NCBI GenBank assembly: GCA_964455235.1
Contig: CAYVWK010000002.1
Location: 1-49,410 of the forward strand
DNA from: an uncultured Paludibacter sp.
GTDB taxonomy: Bacteria; Bacteroidota; Bacteroidia; Bacteroidales; Paludibacteraceae
DNA length: 49,410 bases
Reading direction: 5' to 3'
The notes below the pieces were generated by a model that had not been told where the DNA came from, made no database searches, and saw only the letters and a program-made list of their open reading frames with translations. A program made the position numbers and the translations under genes. Every line of letters starts with the position of its first letter. The first letter of the stretch is position 1. Of the stretch, positions 10,146 to 20,790 are shown piece by piece.

Positions 10146-11714
10146 ATGAAACGGCTAAAATATATTTTGATTTTAACAGTGATTGTCGCACTTCAATTAT
10201 CTTGTACGGATAATTTTGATAAGTATAACGACAATCCAAATGTCCCTAAGTATTGGGAGATATCGCCTGTTAACCTATTAGAAGAGGTTATTTTTACAGG
10301 TGTTGATGGTATGCTTTATCGTACTTGGTTGTTTAATGGAGAGTTGATACAATACACCGTATCAGGTACATCCAATAATGCCTATCATAGGTATGTGATT
10401 GGTAACTCTGTAATGGCTGGTACGTGGAATAGTTTATATACATGGGCTGCTAATGCTAACCACATGCGTCAGCTGGCGCGCTTAGATGGTAAGCAAGACA
10501 TCAATGTGGAAGCTATGGCACTTACACTTAAGGTGCTGTATCTATCTAATTTAACGGATATTTTTGGTGATATTCCTTGCAGCGAAGCTTTCCAAAGTTT
10601 GCCTTTTTACGATGAGGATAATAATTTCGTAGAAAAAACAAACTTCTTCCCTAAATTTGATACGCAAGAAGAGGTTTACAGACAGCTATACGCTACTTTA
10701 GAAAAAGCGAATAGCCTATACGATGTGGGTTCTTCTATTAAATCGCCTACCAAAGATTTGATTTACGGTGGTGATATTTCAAAATGGAAAAAGTTTAATA
10801 ACTCTCTTTATTTAAGATTGCTTATGCGCTTAAGTAATAGAAGTGATGTGAAAATTACTTATTCTGCGGATGGAAATGATGAACTTACGGTATTTGAAAA
10901 AATCAGTGAGATTATGAATAACTCCATCACCTATCCGATTTTTGAAAGTAATGCTGATAATGCTACCATTTACTATGCAGGTGTTGTTCCTTATACCAAT
11001 CGCTTTGGTGATCAAACGGAAGGTACATTTAATGGTAGAACGGCTGCTGAGCAAATCATCTATATGATGGATGAAGCTAATGACCCACGCTTATCTACTT
11101 ATTTTGTACAAAGAGGTGGAGCATGGCAAGGTGTAGCGAGTGGTGCTGGTTCGCAAGAAACAGATAAATCAGGCTCAGCATTACCTAACAAAGCAGTATT
11201 GGGCGATTATACCTCTCCCTATTCTATCATGAAATATGATGAGTTACAGTTTATTTTTGCAGAGGCTGCGAAAATTGGAGCGATACCAGGTGGCGATTTG
11301 GCGGCACAAGATTATTATATTGAAGGTATTACCTCTTCTGTGAAATACTGGATTGGTGTAGACCCTAAAAAATCAGGCATTACAGATGAAACCATCAATA
11401 ACTTCATCAGTAATTATGCTCCATATGACGGAACCTTAGAGAATATTCTGAATCAGAAATACATCGCTATGTTCTGGGTGAGCTACGAAGCTTGGCATGA
11501 CTACCGCCGTACGGGCTACCCTAAATTGAATGTGGGTATGGGTACTTTCAACAATCACGTATTGCCAACACGTTTTGAATATCCTGTTAATACAGCTTCT
11601 ACCAATCCTACGGAATACCAAAAGGCTGTGAGTAGAATGAAGGCTGATTATGGTGGAGCAGATAATATGCGTACCCCCATTTGGTGGAGTAAACAAGCTG
11701 CTACAATTAAATAA
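10146..11714 (+). CDS. SusD/RagB-family lipoprotein
   Basis: Lipobox LSC-TDNFD, LTDIFGDIP, WKKFNNSLYLRLLMRLS, QKYIA..EAWHDYRRTGYP; directly follows SusC. Confidence 0.95.
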   Translation: MKRLKYILILTVIVALQLSCTDNFDKYNDNPNVPKYWEISPVNLLEEVIFTGVDGMLYRTWLFNGELIQYTVSGTSNNAYHRYVIGNSVMAGTWNSLYTWAANANHMRQLARLDGKQDINVEAMALTLKVLYLSNLTDIFGDIPCSEAFQSLPFYDEDNNFVEKTNFFPKFDTQEEVYRQLYATLEKANSLYDVGSSIKSPTKDLIYGGDISKWKKFNNSLYLRLLMRLSNRSDVKITYSADGNDELTVFEKISEIMNNSITYPIFESNADNATIYYAGVVPYTNRFGDQTEGTFNGRTAAEQIIYMMDEANDPRLSTYFVQRGGAWQGVASGAGSQETDKSGSALPNKAVLGDYTSPYSIMKYDELQFIFAEAAKIGAIPGGDLAAQDYYIEGITSSVKYWIGVDPKKSGITDETINNFISNYAPYDGTLENILNQKYIAMFWVSYEAWHDYRRTGYPKLNVGMGTFNNHVLPTRFEYPVNTASTNPTEYQKAVSRMKADYGGADNMRTPIWWSKQAATIK

Positions 11715-11719
11715 CTAAC

Positions 11720-13843
11720 ATGCTTAAATTATTGAGAATCATGAAAATATTGAATAAATCAATGCATCTGAAAAGTTTCTATTTGATGTTGATAGTAGCT
11801 TTGATAACGGGTATGGCAATTGTTTCCTGTGTGGAAGATACCGACCCTGTGGGTACAGATGTAAAATTCGGATTGACATTAAAAGATAAAGAAGGTGTAG
11901 AATACGATACGCCCATACCTGAAAATTTTGTGGATTCTTTCCCTAAAAAAGGAGGCTCGCGCTATTTCTACATGGAATCGAATATTGGCGCTTGGCGATT
12001 AGTTCCTGATGCTGGCCGTGAAAATTCAGTTGAAATTTGGCCTAATGAAGGTAAAAATGATGGTCGCTTCGGTGTGAAAATACTTGAAAACCCTACTGCT
12101 TACGAACTTAATTTTAATATTAATGTTGTAAATAGTGCAGGGCAAGTGATGGGAAGAATCCCTTTCAATCAAGAGCCTTCCGACCCTTTCTTGAAAATCA
12201 ACTACTCATCATCACCTAAATTTGTGGCTTCTATAGGCGAGAAATTCCCCGTGAAAGTGAGTGCTAATATCGCTTGGGAAGCTGTTTCTAACGACGATTG
12301 GCTTACAATTGCTGAAGCTACAGATTCAACCCAGATGATTTTAGTTGATAAGAATGAAGGAGTGCAACGCTCTGGCTCTATCACTTTTTCTATGATTGGT
12401 GAAGATGAGTCGCTAACGATGTTTATTACACAATTAGACTTAGCTAACGACTTCGCAAATGCAACCAAAGTGTCTATCAAAAATTTAATGTCTGAAATTG
12501 ACGAAAATGATGGAATTGGAACTATCAACGACAATGTGTATATTGAAGGATATGTAATTAGCGATAGATCGCGCCTTGCTCTCAAGAAAACACAAATAGT
12601 GGTTCAAGATGACTCGAACAAAGGCGTTTGGATTGAGTTCTCTAATGATGATGATAATACATTTGATTTGAACGACCATGTAAAAGTACATATGTATGGT
12701 GCTTCCTTCGTATTGGATGAAAACACGAAAGCCAGCAAGGCTGTTTCTTTCTCTCCGTCTTTCGTTCACGAGGCTACGCCATCAGCAGGAATAACTCCTA
12801 TTGAAATTACCGACTTAGTGAATCTGAATCAGTATGAAAATGTGTTGGTTACTTTGAAAGAAGTTGAATTTGTGCTTCCTGTTGGTACCTATGTGAATAT
12901 TGCTGAAGCTGAATACAATAAAAAGGCGGCTAACTGGACATCTACTGCGGAACCATACTCAGATGATACATTTGATTACGGTCATTTAGTGAGAGATAGA
13001 AAAGGTAACTTTATGAAAATGTACACCTCTCCTTCTTTCTTGGATAGATTTAAAGTTACGATGCCACAAGGTTCTGGTTCGCTAACAGGTATCATGATGA
13101 AGCGTGTGAAAAATAACAAAGTACAACACATCATCAGAATACGAAACCATGAAGATAATCAAGTTTCTACAGATAAAGCAACGGCTCTATCACGTGATAT
13201 TATGCAGATTGGTCCATGGCCTATAAGACTTGCTTACCCTGTAGTTTCTGCATCTGTTGGTTCTGGTACGCTTGGTTTCACAGGTCGTCCTAACCAAAAC
13301 GTGGCTACTGCAAGTACACCTGATGCTTTCTACTTTGTGTCATCGCAAGCACGTATGAAACCGTACGACTTGAATCCTGATGGAACACCTGTAGTTGGCT
13401 ATAGCAATGACTTATCCTATTGGGGATTGAATACACAATATTGGTGGGGTAATCCTTCTTCCAGTATATCTGGCGGTAGCTCAGGTGAAGCATGGATTAT
13501 CACTACTTCTACCCTGAATGCAACGGGTGCTGGTGATTTGTATTTACAATTCTCTTCATCAAGTAGTACTTCAGGTCCAGCTTATTTCACACTTGAGTGG
13601 GCTGATTCAGAAGATACTCCTTTTGCAAATTGGAATTATGTTGATGAATATGTTGTGTGCGATTTCAACAACTCACAACACTTGATGCACTATATTTTCA
13701 AAATGCCAGATGCTATTAAAGGCAAGAGTAAAGTGGTGATTCGTCTGAGAGTAAACTCTCAAAAACGAGCAACCCAAACCTCTAATATCGGTAACTCTGG
13801 TACAAATCGTTTGGGAGTAGTGCGACTAACGCAACAAAAATAA
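11720..13843 (+). CDS. Surface lipoprotein with BACON domain(s), DUF5689-like domain and C-terminal beta-sandwich (start may be 11741 or 11762)
   Basis: VSC-VEDTD lipobox; ANIAWEAVSNDDWLT..RSGSITF (BACON); IEGYVISD..VVQD..GV..NVLVTLKEVEF (DUF5689-like). Confidence 0.75.
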   Translation: MLKLLRIMKILNKSMHLKSFYLMLIVALITGMAIVSCVEDTDPVGTDVKFGLTLKDKEGVEYDTPIPENFVDSFPKKGGSRYFYMESNIGAWRLVPDAGRENSVEIWPNEGKNDGRFGVKILENPTAYELNFNINVVNSAGQVMGRIPFNQEPSDPFLKINYSSSPKFVASIGEKFPVKVSANIAWEAVSNDDWLTIAEATDSTQMILVDKNEGVQRSGSITFSMIGEDESLTMFITQLDLANDFANATKVSIKNLMSEIDENDGIGTINDNVYIEGYVISDRSRLALKKTQIVVQDDSNKGVWIEFSNDDDNTFDLNDHVKVHMYGASFVLDENTKASKAVSFSPSFVHEATPSAGITPIEITDLVNLNQYENVLVTLKEVEFVLPVGTYVNIAEAEYNKKAANWTSTAEPYSDDTFDYGHLVRDRKGNFMKMYTSPSFLDRFKVTMPQGSGSLTGIMMKRVKNNKVQHIIRIRNHEDNQVSTDKATALSRDIMQIGPWPIRLAYPVVSASVGSGTLGFTGRPNQNVATASTPDAFYFVSSQARMKPYDLNPDGTPVVGYSNDLSYWGLNTQYWWGNPSSSISGGSSGEAWIITTSTLNATGAGDLYLQFSSSSSTSGPAYFTLEWADSEDTPFANWNYVDEYVVCDFNNSQHLMHYIFKMPDAIKGKSKVVIRLRVNSQKRATQTSNIGNSGTNRLGVVRLTQQK

Positions 13844-13862
13844 AACGTAAATAAAAGAATTA

Positions 13863-15830
13863 ATGAAATTGTTTCTAAGAAATTTTCTGTTTCCAATGTT
13901 CTTCATAATGCTCATCGCATCTCCTTTTTGGGGATGTGATGAGAAAGAAGACGATCCTGATGAGAATGGGATAACATCCACATTGATTACGAACTTCTCC
14001 ATTCCCAAACAAATGAGTTTGCCGCTTGGTGGTTCGCATAGCATTAGTGGAAAAGGTTTTCTTGAAGGGGATGAGCTGTTTTTTCAAAGCACTACACTAT
14101 CCCTTCACATTCCTCTAACTACTATTAGAGATAGCTATGCTTCTTTTGTTGTGAGCGAGGAATTGCAAAATGGAACCTATAAGATAACACTCGAAAGGGG
14201 CAAAAAAACACAGGAATTAGGGACTACTACCACTACTTTAGTATATGATACAAATGTACCAAATAAAGGAAGTAACTCCATTAAAGGTGCTGTTTATTGT
14301 GGTTTGGAGCCCATGCCTAATGTGCGTGTTTCTGATGGAATAGTGACAACGGTGACGGATGAAAATGGTCACTATTGGCTTAACTCCGAAAAGAAACATG
14401 GCTATGTGTTTATTTGTACCCCATCAGGCTATCAACCTCGAACTACCAACAATGCGACTCCAGGCTTCTGGGCTTCTTTGTCGGGCGGTGCAGGGTCTAC
14501 AGAACAGCATAATTTTGAATTAGTAGAAGTGGACAATACCAAACACACCTTGTTGGTTGCAGCGGACTTGCACCTTGCGAATAGAGGTGCTAGTTCTAAC
14601 AACGACATGGCGCAGTTTGCCAATGGTTTTATGAAGGATGCGAGAAATTTTGTGGAAGCACAAGGTAATACACCTGTATATGCCTTAATGCTTGGCGATA
14701 TGAGCTGGGATGCCTATTGGTATTCTAAAACCTATGATATTGCAAGCTATAAGGAAACGGTTTCCAATTTTGCTGCTCCTATGTATCATGTAATAGGCAA
14801 TCATGATTATGACCCTTATCATGCTAATGATTTTGATGCAGAAGTTCCTTATAAGAAGGTGTTCGGACCTACCTATTTCTCTATGGATATGGGCGAGGTG
14901 CATTATATTTTCTTAGATAATGTCATCTATCTAAATAAAGGAGGAATGATAGGCACCATTGGTGACAGGGATTATCATAAATATATTTCTGATGAACAAG
15001 CTCAATGGCTGATAGAAGACTTGGCGACTGTTACAGATAAAACAAGACCTATCGTAGTGTCTTTCCATTGCCCGACTACTTCTAATTATAATGCGAATTT
15101 CACGACCTCATTGTCACTGAACCCAAGCTATAAAGCTACGGAGTTTCATAACTATTTCAATGGGTTTACTGATGTGCATTTCCTAAGTGGTCATACTCAT
15201 CACAATACACATGTCCAAGTAAGAAGCAACATTCAGGAGCATAATATTGCTGCTGTATGCGAAACTTGGTGGTGGAGTGGAAAACACTCTAAATTAGGTG
15301 TTTGTAGAGATGGTTCACCTGCGGGTTATGGGGTGTTTGAAGTCAATGGAAGAGATATATCATGGTACTACAAAAGCGTTGGCTTGGATAAATCAAAACA
15401 ATTTAGAAGCTATGATATGAATGAAGTCAAAGCATTCTATAGTCTGCCTGAAGTAAGTAATATTTTGACTCAATTATCAGGTAATAGATTGAATGACTAT
15501 TCCAGTATCAAAGAGAATGATGTGCTGGTCAATGTGTATTTTTACGATACAGATTGGACGATAGATGTGAAAGAAGATGGAACATCAATTTCAGCAAATC
15601 GTGTGTTTATTCGCGACCCACTGCATACATACACCTACGATTATCTTCGTCAGAGAGATAATGGTTCGGTAACAGATGGTTTCGTAACGAATAATAATGC
15701 GCATATGTTTTTGGTGAAAACAAAGAGTCCATCATCCACCTTAGATATTACGGTGACAGATAGATTTGGTAATGTATATACAGAAACAATGACGCGACCA
15801 AAAGAATTTAATAGAACAACATTAGAATAG
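13863..15830 (+). CDS. Lipoprotein calcineurin-like metallophosphoesterase (MetallophosN/C type) with N-terminal Ig-like domain
   Basis: WGC-DEKEDD lipobox; VRVSDG, DLH, GDM, GNHD, GHTH, DGSPAGY, TDRFGNVY. Confidence 0.88.
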   Translation: MKLFLRNFLFPMFFIMLIASPFWGCDEKEDDPDENGITSTLITNFSIPKQMSLPLGGSHSISGKGFLEGDELFFQSTTLSLHIPLTTIRDSYASFVVSEELQNGTYKITLERGKKTQELGTTTTTLVYDTNVPNKGSNSIKGAVYCGLEPMPNVRVSDGIVTTVTDENGHYWLNSEKKHGYVFICTPSGYQPRTTNNATPGFWASLSGGAGSTEQHNFELVEVDNTKHTLLVAADLHLANRGASSNNDMAQFANGFMKDARNFVEAQGNTPVYALMLGDMSWDAYWYSKTYDIASYKETVSNFAAPMYHVIGNHDYDPYHANDFDAEVPYKKVFGPTYFSMDMGEVHYIFLDNVIYLNKGGMIGTIGDRDYHKYISDEQAQWLIEDLATVTDKTRPIVVSFHCPTTSNYNANFTTSLSLNPSYKATEFHNYFNGFTDVHFLSGHTHHNTHVQVRSNIQEHNIAAVCETWWWSGKHSKLGVCRDGSPAGYGVFEVNGRDISWYYKSVGLDKSKQFRSYDMNEVKAFYSLPEVSNILTQLSGNRLNDYSSIKENDVLVNVYFYDTDWTIDVKEDGTSISANRVFIRDPLHTYTYDYLRQRDNGSVTDGFVTNNNAHMFLVKTKSPSSTLDITVTDRFGNVYTETMTRPKEFNRTTLE

Positions 15831-15851
15831 AAAACTTAAAAATAAACAGCA

Positions 15852-17390
15852 ATGAAAAACGGATTTAAAAATTGGGTGTATATCACTGGCTTGGCTGTAT
15901 TTATGGGCACACTCTTCTTTGCTTGCGAACCTGAGCAAGGAGAAGAAATCATCCCACGAGTGGAAGTAAGCGTTCAAGCGCTTGTTATCAACAATATGGG
16001 AATGGACCCAGAAGGGAATACACCATCTATTGACGTAGAATCAAATGTGTATTGGATTGCTTCGGTTCAACAAGATGAAGAAAATGAATGGCTAACCATC
16101 TTTCCATCTGCTGGAACTGGCGATACGCGCATCGAGCTAACAGCTACTTCTAATGATAGCGATGAGGAAAGATCAGCTACTGTTACGCTTGAAACTTTAA
16201 GTGGTAAAACAGTGCAAATTCTTATCACACAAACGGATAAAAATGCCACAGTATATTATTTAGTGGAAGATATGGGTGCAGAAACTGCGAATATGGTGGA
16301 TGTGAACTTCTTTGATAACTGGACGAAAACAGGTATAGGGAGTCTATTTACCCGCTACACTGGTGTAAACGGTGCTTTAGTGGATAGCAGTAATCCATCA
16401 GAAGGGTATACAGGAGCATCCGGAGGTAATAATATTTTGCTGTCTGAAGTAAATTCAACGCTTATTTGGGGACAAGTAAGTACAAAAGAAAAAGAGTATT
16501 TCACTCTTAGCTTTGGTGTATATGCACCTGATGCTTTCGATGCAGAAGATTTGAATTTGCTGATCAGTAAAAATGGAGATGATTGGGTGGAATTACCCTA
16601 TACACGCTCCGCTGCTGCTGGTTGGGCTTTGCTTACAAGTAAATTCCAAGTTTCCGATTTGAGCTATGCATACTACAAACTTGAAACAACTAAACCAGGT
16701 GTTCGTGTTGATGATATTGTCATGTTAGAAGATGAAACGAAATCAGGTGAGCCTGTGGTGTTCCAAGTTATTATTGATGATGGTAAACCAGCTGGTTATG
16801 TATATTACGAAGAGGATTTCTCTTGGATTACGGTAGAAACTTTTGGTGGTACTGCTGCTAACTTCCCAACCAACGAGTTAGGATTTAATAATGCAAACAT
16901 CAATGCAGAACAACAAGATACCATTGCTAAATATGGTTGGACACAAGAATTAGGTGCTACCTATATGCGCGAGGGTCTCATCAAATTAGGCAAAACAAAA
17001 GTGGGTGGTGACCTAATCTCACCTCCATTCTCAGGTATTGAGCAGTTTAAAGCAGTAGTAGTAGAGGTGAGCTTCGATGTAGCGATGTACTCTTCTGCAA
17101 CAGGTAAGGTGGTCGACCTTGATGGTATCGTGATAGAAGTGAGAAATGGCGGAACTATCAATAGCCAAGTTTATACAAGCTATGCTTTTGATGTGGACTA
17201 TTGGTTGAGAACAGGTGAGGAACAAACCGAACCATTCAAAAACTTCAAAGCTACTATCTATGGCGCAACATCTAACACCCAATTCAGAATACGTTCGGGT
17301 GTAGAAAATAGTGAACAAAATAGATTGAATGAATCGAACCGCTTCTTCTTTGATAATTTCAAAGTGACAAAACTCGATGCTGATAATTAA
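15852..17390 (+). CDS. BACON-domain surface lipoprotein, putative binding protein
   Basis: FAC-EPEQ lipobox; SNVYW..WLT.P..G..N..ERSATVTL; two further beta-rich domains. Confidence 0.75.
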   Translation: MKNGFKNWVYITGLAVFMGTLFFACEPEQGEEIIPRVEVSVQALVINNMGMDPEGNTPSIDVESNVYWIASVQQDEENEWLTIFPSAGTGDTRIELTATSNDSDEERSATVTLETLSGKTVQILITQTDKNATVYYLVEDMGAETANMVDVNFFDNWTKTGIGSLFTRYTGVNGALVDSSNPSEGYTGASGGNNILLSEVNSTLIWGQVSTKEKEYFTLSFGVYAPDAFDAEDLNLLISKNGDDWVELPYTRSAAAGWALLTSKFQVSDLSYAYYKLETTKPGVRVDDIVMLEDETKSGEPVVFQVIIDDGKPAGYVYYEEDFSWITVETFGGTAANFPTNELGFNNANINAEQQDTIAKYGWTQELGATYMREGLIKLGKTKVGGDLISPPFSGIEQFKAVVVEVSFDVAMYSSATGKVVDLDGIVIEVRNGGTINSQVYTSYAFDVDYWLRTGEEQTEPFKNFKATIYGATSNTQFRIRSGVENSEQNRLNESNRFFFDNFKVTKLDADN

Positions 17391-17401
17391 AAAATAGATG
17401 T

Positions 17402-17436
17402 ATAGGATTGCTATCTATAAGGGATGGCAATCCTAT
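17402..17436 (+). terminator. Intergenic stem-loop (weak terminator or mRNA stabiliser)
   Basis: ATAGGATTGCTATC...GATGGCAATCCTAT; no clear U-tract. Confidence 0.55.
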
Positions 17437-17508
17437 TAATCCATACTATATCAATCAAAAATTAATTAATAAACTATCAATTTACTAACTTTTAAATTTT
17501 TAAAGCTT

Positions 17509-19257
17509 ATGAAAACAAAGTACTTTTTACCAATGCTATTAATTGGTATGCTTGTGAGTTTCACGCTGCAAGCACAACGTCAAGTATTCTTTACCGAGAG
17601 TTTTGGGGAGCAAGCAGCTTCCAGTTCGACAGTTACAATGGCTGCATTTACAGATTGGCATAACGCAGATTTAGTGTTTTCAACGGAAGGGTTTAAGTAT
17701 ATCCCTGATGTTCGTAACACGTATCCAAGTTCTGATACAACAAGAACTTATTATAGAGAAACTGCATCAGGGCAAAATAACCTGTTTTTTGTTGCAGTGT
17801 CAGCAGAAGAAACTGAAGATTTTGAATGCGGATTCACTATGAGTGGAATCGACGCATCAAACTTTACAGATATTCAATTGCAATTTGGCTATAATAAGCA
17901 AAATGGTACAGACAAGAGCTACTTGGATGTTTACTTCTGGGATGGTAGTCAATGGGTTGAAGTTGAATTTGATTTCAATGAAGAGGCTGAAGAACCATCA
18001 GGTTGGTATTTAAGTCCAGTAATCCAATTTCCACCAGCAGCACAAAGAGCAGATTTAGCGCTTAAATTTGTAAAACCTGAGATTTTCAAAGCAAATACGT
18101 TGCGCTTAGACGACGTTTGGTTGACAGGTGTGCCTAAGTTTTTTGATGGTCCTACATTAGCAGATGCTTCTAACCTTTCAGCCACAGGATTTACAGCTTC
18201 GTGGGAGGCAGTAAAAGATGCTACAGCTTATATTTTAGACGTGTCTGATGATCCTACTTTTGCTTCTGAAGATGAAGCTGATATCATTGCTGCATGGAAT
18301 TTCGAAGGTTATGTGAAAGGAGATCCTGTTGTGGCAAGTATTTATTCGCCTAATAATGAAGGTATTGAGTTGTTCTGGACAAGTACAGGTAATGCAGCTA
18401 ATCCAATACCTTATCCAAGTGGGTCAGGATCTGCTACCCGACCATTTTCTATCACTACTACAGGTTGGGAAGATGGTGTTTATAAGAAACATATTACTAC
18501 AACTTTCGATGCCACAGGATTTTATAATCTTACAGTGTCTTCGCGTCACTATTCTTCAGGGAATGGCCCAAAAAACATGAAACTCCAATATCGTCTAAGT
18601 GATGACGCAGACTGGATTGATGTGCCAAATAGTGACTTATTAATGCCAAATGCTGATTTTGGTCCTACTGCTACTTTAAGCGATCTTGCTCTTCCAAATG
18701 CTTGCGATAACCAACCAGCGGTTTCTGTTAGATGGACTCCAACAAGTTCTTTGAGGTCTGCTCCTGCTAATGCTGTTAACTTAATTGTAACAAGTGGTGG
18801 TACACACTGGTTTGCTGAACCTTATGTGAATGGAAAAGATGCAGAAGTTATTGAAGGATACGGTGCTAAAGTGGTAGAAGGCACTTCTCACGAAGTTACT
18901 GGTTTAGAAGGTAATAAAACTTACTACTACCGCGTACGTGCTACTGATGGCAAATCTATTTCTAATGCTTCTGAAGTGAAACAAGTGACTACATGGAAAA
19001 CAGGTATTGAGTCTGTAAGCAATGCTAAGAACTTCAATGTATTCTATAGTGCAGCGAATGATGCTTTCCAAGTGAGAACGAAAGCTAATGCGAAGACTAT
19101 TACTGTTCGCGTTGCTGATTTAAACGGTCGCACACTTGAGCAAAAAAGCCTAACAGCTGCAAATGGAACTATCAGTGCAAGCAACTACCCAATGGGTGTT
19201 TATGTTGTTACTGTTTATGCTGATGGTATAATGCATAACTTCAAAGTTGTGAAATAA
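17509..19257 (+). CDS. T9SS cargo protein with interrupted FN3 domain (paralog 1)
   Basis: Signal peptide ..LQA; FN3 halves GFTASW..YILDVS and VTGL...TYYYRVRA; CTD DLNGR..GVYVV..FKVVK. Confidence 0.8.
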   Translation: MKTKYFLPMLLIGMLVSFTLQAQRQVFFTESFGEQAASSSTVTMAAFTDWHNADLVFSTEGFKYIPDVRNTYPSSDTTRTYYRETASGQNNLFFVAVSAEETEDFECGFTMSGIDASNFTDIQLQFGYNKQNGTDKSYLDVYFWDGSQWVEVEFDFNEEAEEPSGWYLSPVIQFPPAAQRADLALKFVKPEIFKANTLRLDDVWLTGVPKFFDGPTLADASNLSATGFTASWEAVKDATAYILDVSDDPTFASEDEADIIAAWNFEGYVKGDPVVASIYSPNNEGIELFWTSTGNAANPIPYPSGSGSATRPFSITTTGWEDGVYKKHITTTFDATGFYNLTVSSRHYSSGNGPKNMKLQYRLSDDADWIDVPNSDLLMPNADFGPTATLSDLALPNACDNQPAVSVRWTPTSSLRSAPANAVNLIVTSGGTHWFAEPYVNGKDAEVIEGYGAKVVEGTSHEVTGLEGNKTYYYRVRATDGKSISNASEVKQVTTWKTGIESVSNAKNFNVFYSAANDAFQVRTKANAKTITVRVADLNGRTLEQKSLTAANGTISASNYPMGVYVVTVYADGIMHNFKVVK

Positions 19258-19269
19258 ACTTTTAATTTT

Positions 19270-19308
19270 GAATGGGATTATTTCGATAATCCCATTCTTC
19301 TTTCTTTT
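19270..19308 (+). terminator. Intrinsic terminator-like hairpin
   Basis: Perfect 12-bp stem GAATGGGATTAT-TTCG-ATAATCCCATTC followed by TTCTTTCTTTT. Confidence 0.7.
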
Positions 19309-19315
19309 ACCGAAT

Positions 19316-20743
19316 ATGACAAAACATTTTAAATGGATTCCTGTAGTTGCTTTGCTTTTGCTTTGTAACTACTCTTTTTCTCTGTATGCTCAGTCCAATG
19401 CCGTACTGAAAGGAACGGTTAGAAACAACAAAGATAGAGGCATTGCTGATGTGGTGGTTAGCGATGGATATTCAGTTACCAAAACCAACAAAAAGGGACA
19501 TTACGAAATGCCCAAGAACGACTCTGCAAAATTTGTCTTTATCAGCATTCCCTCAAACTATAAAATTCCCCATAAAGGAAAAATTCCTCAATTTTATCAA
19601 GATATTAAAGGTCAGACAGGTGATTTAAAAATCAATTTTCAACTTAAAAAGAAGAAAAAAGATGAAAACTTTGTGCTTACTGTGATGGCCGACCCTCAAG
19701 CTCAAATCAAAGCAGATATGAGACGCTTTGAAGTAGAGCCTTTCGTAGATGTAATGGAGCTGAAAGCTTCTTATCCCCCAAAAACCCCTTTCGTAGGTAT
19801 CACGGCTGGTGACAATCTATGGGATGCGCCCAGAATGTATCCTGACTATGTGAAGGCTTTCAAACAGCTTTCCTTCCCCTATTTTCAAGTGATTGGTAAC
19901 CACGACCACGACCAGCACACAAAAAACGATGACTACCAAGCTTCTCATTATTTTGAGCAATTTTTTGGTCCTACCTTTTATTCCTTCAATCGAGGCGATT
20001 GTCATATCATCGCCTTGGACAATATTGTCTATCAAGAAAGAACAAAATACCAAGAAAGAATCGACAAACAACAGCTTGAATGGCTGAAAAAAGATTTAGC
20101 GTATGTGGATAAAGATAAACTTTTGATTATCAGTATGCATTCCCCCGTATATAGAGTCAACCTCACCCCCATTTTGAAAAATGCAGATGAACTGCTCGCT
20201 TTATTAGAGGGGTATAAGGTGGTGTTCATATCAGGACATACGCACAGAATGAATTTCAATCAAATTTCAGATGATATAGTGGAATACACCTACAGTCCAA
20301 CTATGGGTAATTCATGGGCAGGCGATATCAACACCAATGGCTGTCCGAATGGCTATGGCGTACTTGAATTTAAAGGCAATCGTTTGGTAAATCAGTATTT
20401 TAAAGCTACGAAACATGATAAACGTTATCAATTCAACCTATATCCCCTTAATACAGTTGAAGAGCAGAAAGATAAGGTAGTAGCACATATCTGGAACTAC
20501 AACCCTAAATGGAAAATTGAAGTCTATGAAAATGATATACTTCAAGGCACAATGACTCAATTTACGGGCACAGACCCTATTGCGTACGACTTTTTTATTG
20601 GGCCAGAAAAACCTGAGCGCAAGCCTAAATTAGAGCCTATTAAGACCCATAAATTATTTCATTATAAACCCAAAAATAACAAAGCAAAAATAAAAGTCGT
20701 TGTAACAGACGATTTTGGAAATACTTACACAGAACAATTATAA
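19316..20743 (+). CDS. Exported calcineurin-like metallophosphoesterase (start reassigned from TTG 19268 to ATG 19316)
   Basis: Signal peptide MTKHFKW..LYA; VVVSDG, DPQ, GDN, GNHD, GHTH, NGCPNGY, TDDFGNTY. Confidence 0.88.
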   Translation: MTKHFKWIPVVALLLLCNYSFSLYAQSNAVLKGTVRNNKDRGIADVVVSDGYSVTKTNKKGHYEMPKNDSAKFVFISIPSNYKIPHKGKIPQFYQDIKGQTGDLKINFQLKKKKKDENFVLTVMADPQAQIKADMRRFEVEPFVDVMELKASYPPKTPFVGITAGDNLWDAPRMYPDYVKAFKQLSFPYFQVIGNHDHDQHTKNDDYQASHYFEQFFGPTFYSFNRGDCHIIALDNIVYQERTKYQERIDKQQLEWLKKDLAYVDKDKLLIISMHSPVYRVNLTPILKNADELLALLEGYKVVFISGHTHRMNFNQISDDIVEYTYSPTMGNSWAGDINTNGCPNGYGVLEFKGNRLVNQYFKATKHDKRYQFNLYPLNTVEEQKDKVVAHIWNYNPKWKIEVYENDILQGTMTQFTGTDPIAYDFFIGPEKPERKPKLEPIKTHKLFHYKPKNNKAKIKVVVTDDFGNTYTEQL

Positions 20744-20790
20744 TAATACAATCTCGCAAAACAACTCAAAACAATTAAATCAATTAATGT

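Noticed and set aside
6758-17390. DNA/RNA-utilisation interpretation of the SusCD locus
   Set aside because: DUF5689-like and metallophosphoesterase domains would fit, but no nuclease or nucleoside/ribose genes are visible and the catabolic genes point to glycerol phosphate; less likely, not excluded
19268-19315. TTG-started N-terminal extension of the phosphoesterase
   Set aside because: Runs through the hairpin; ATG 19316 gives a proper signal peptide
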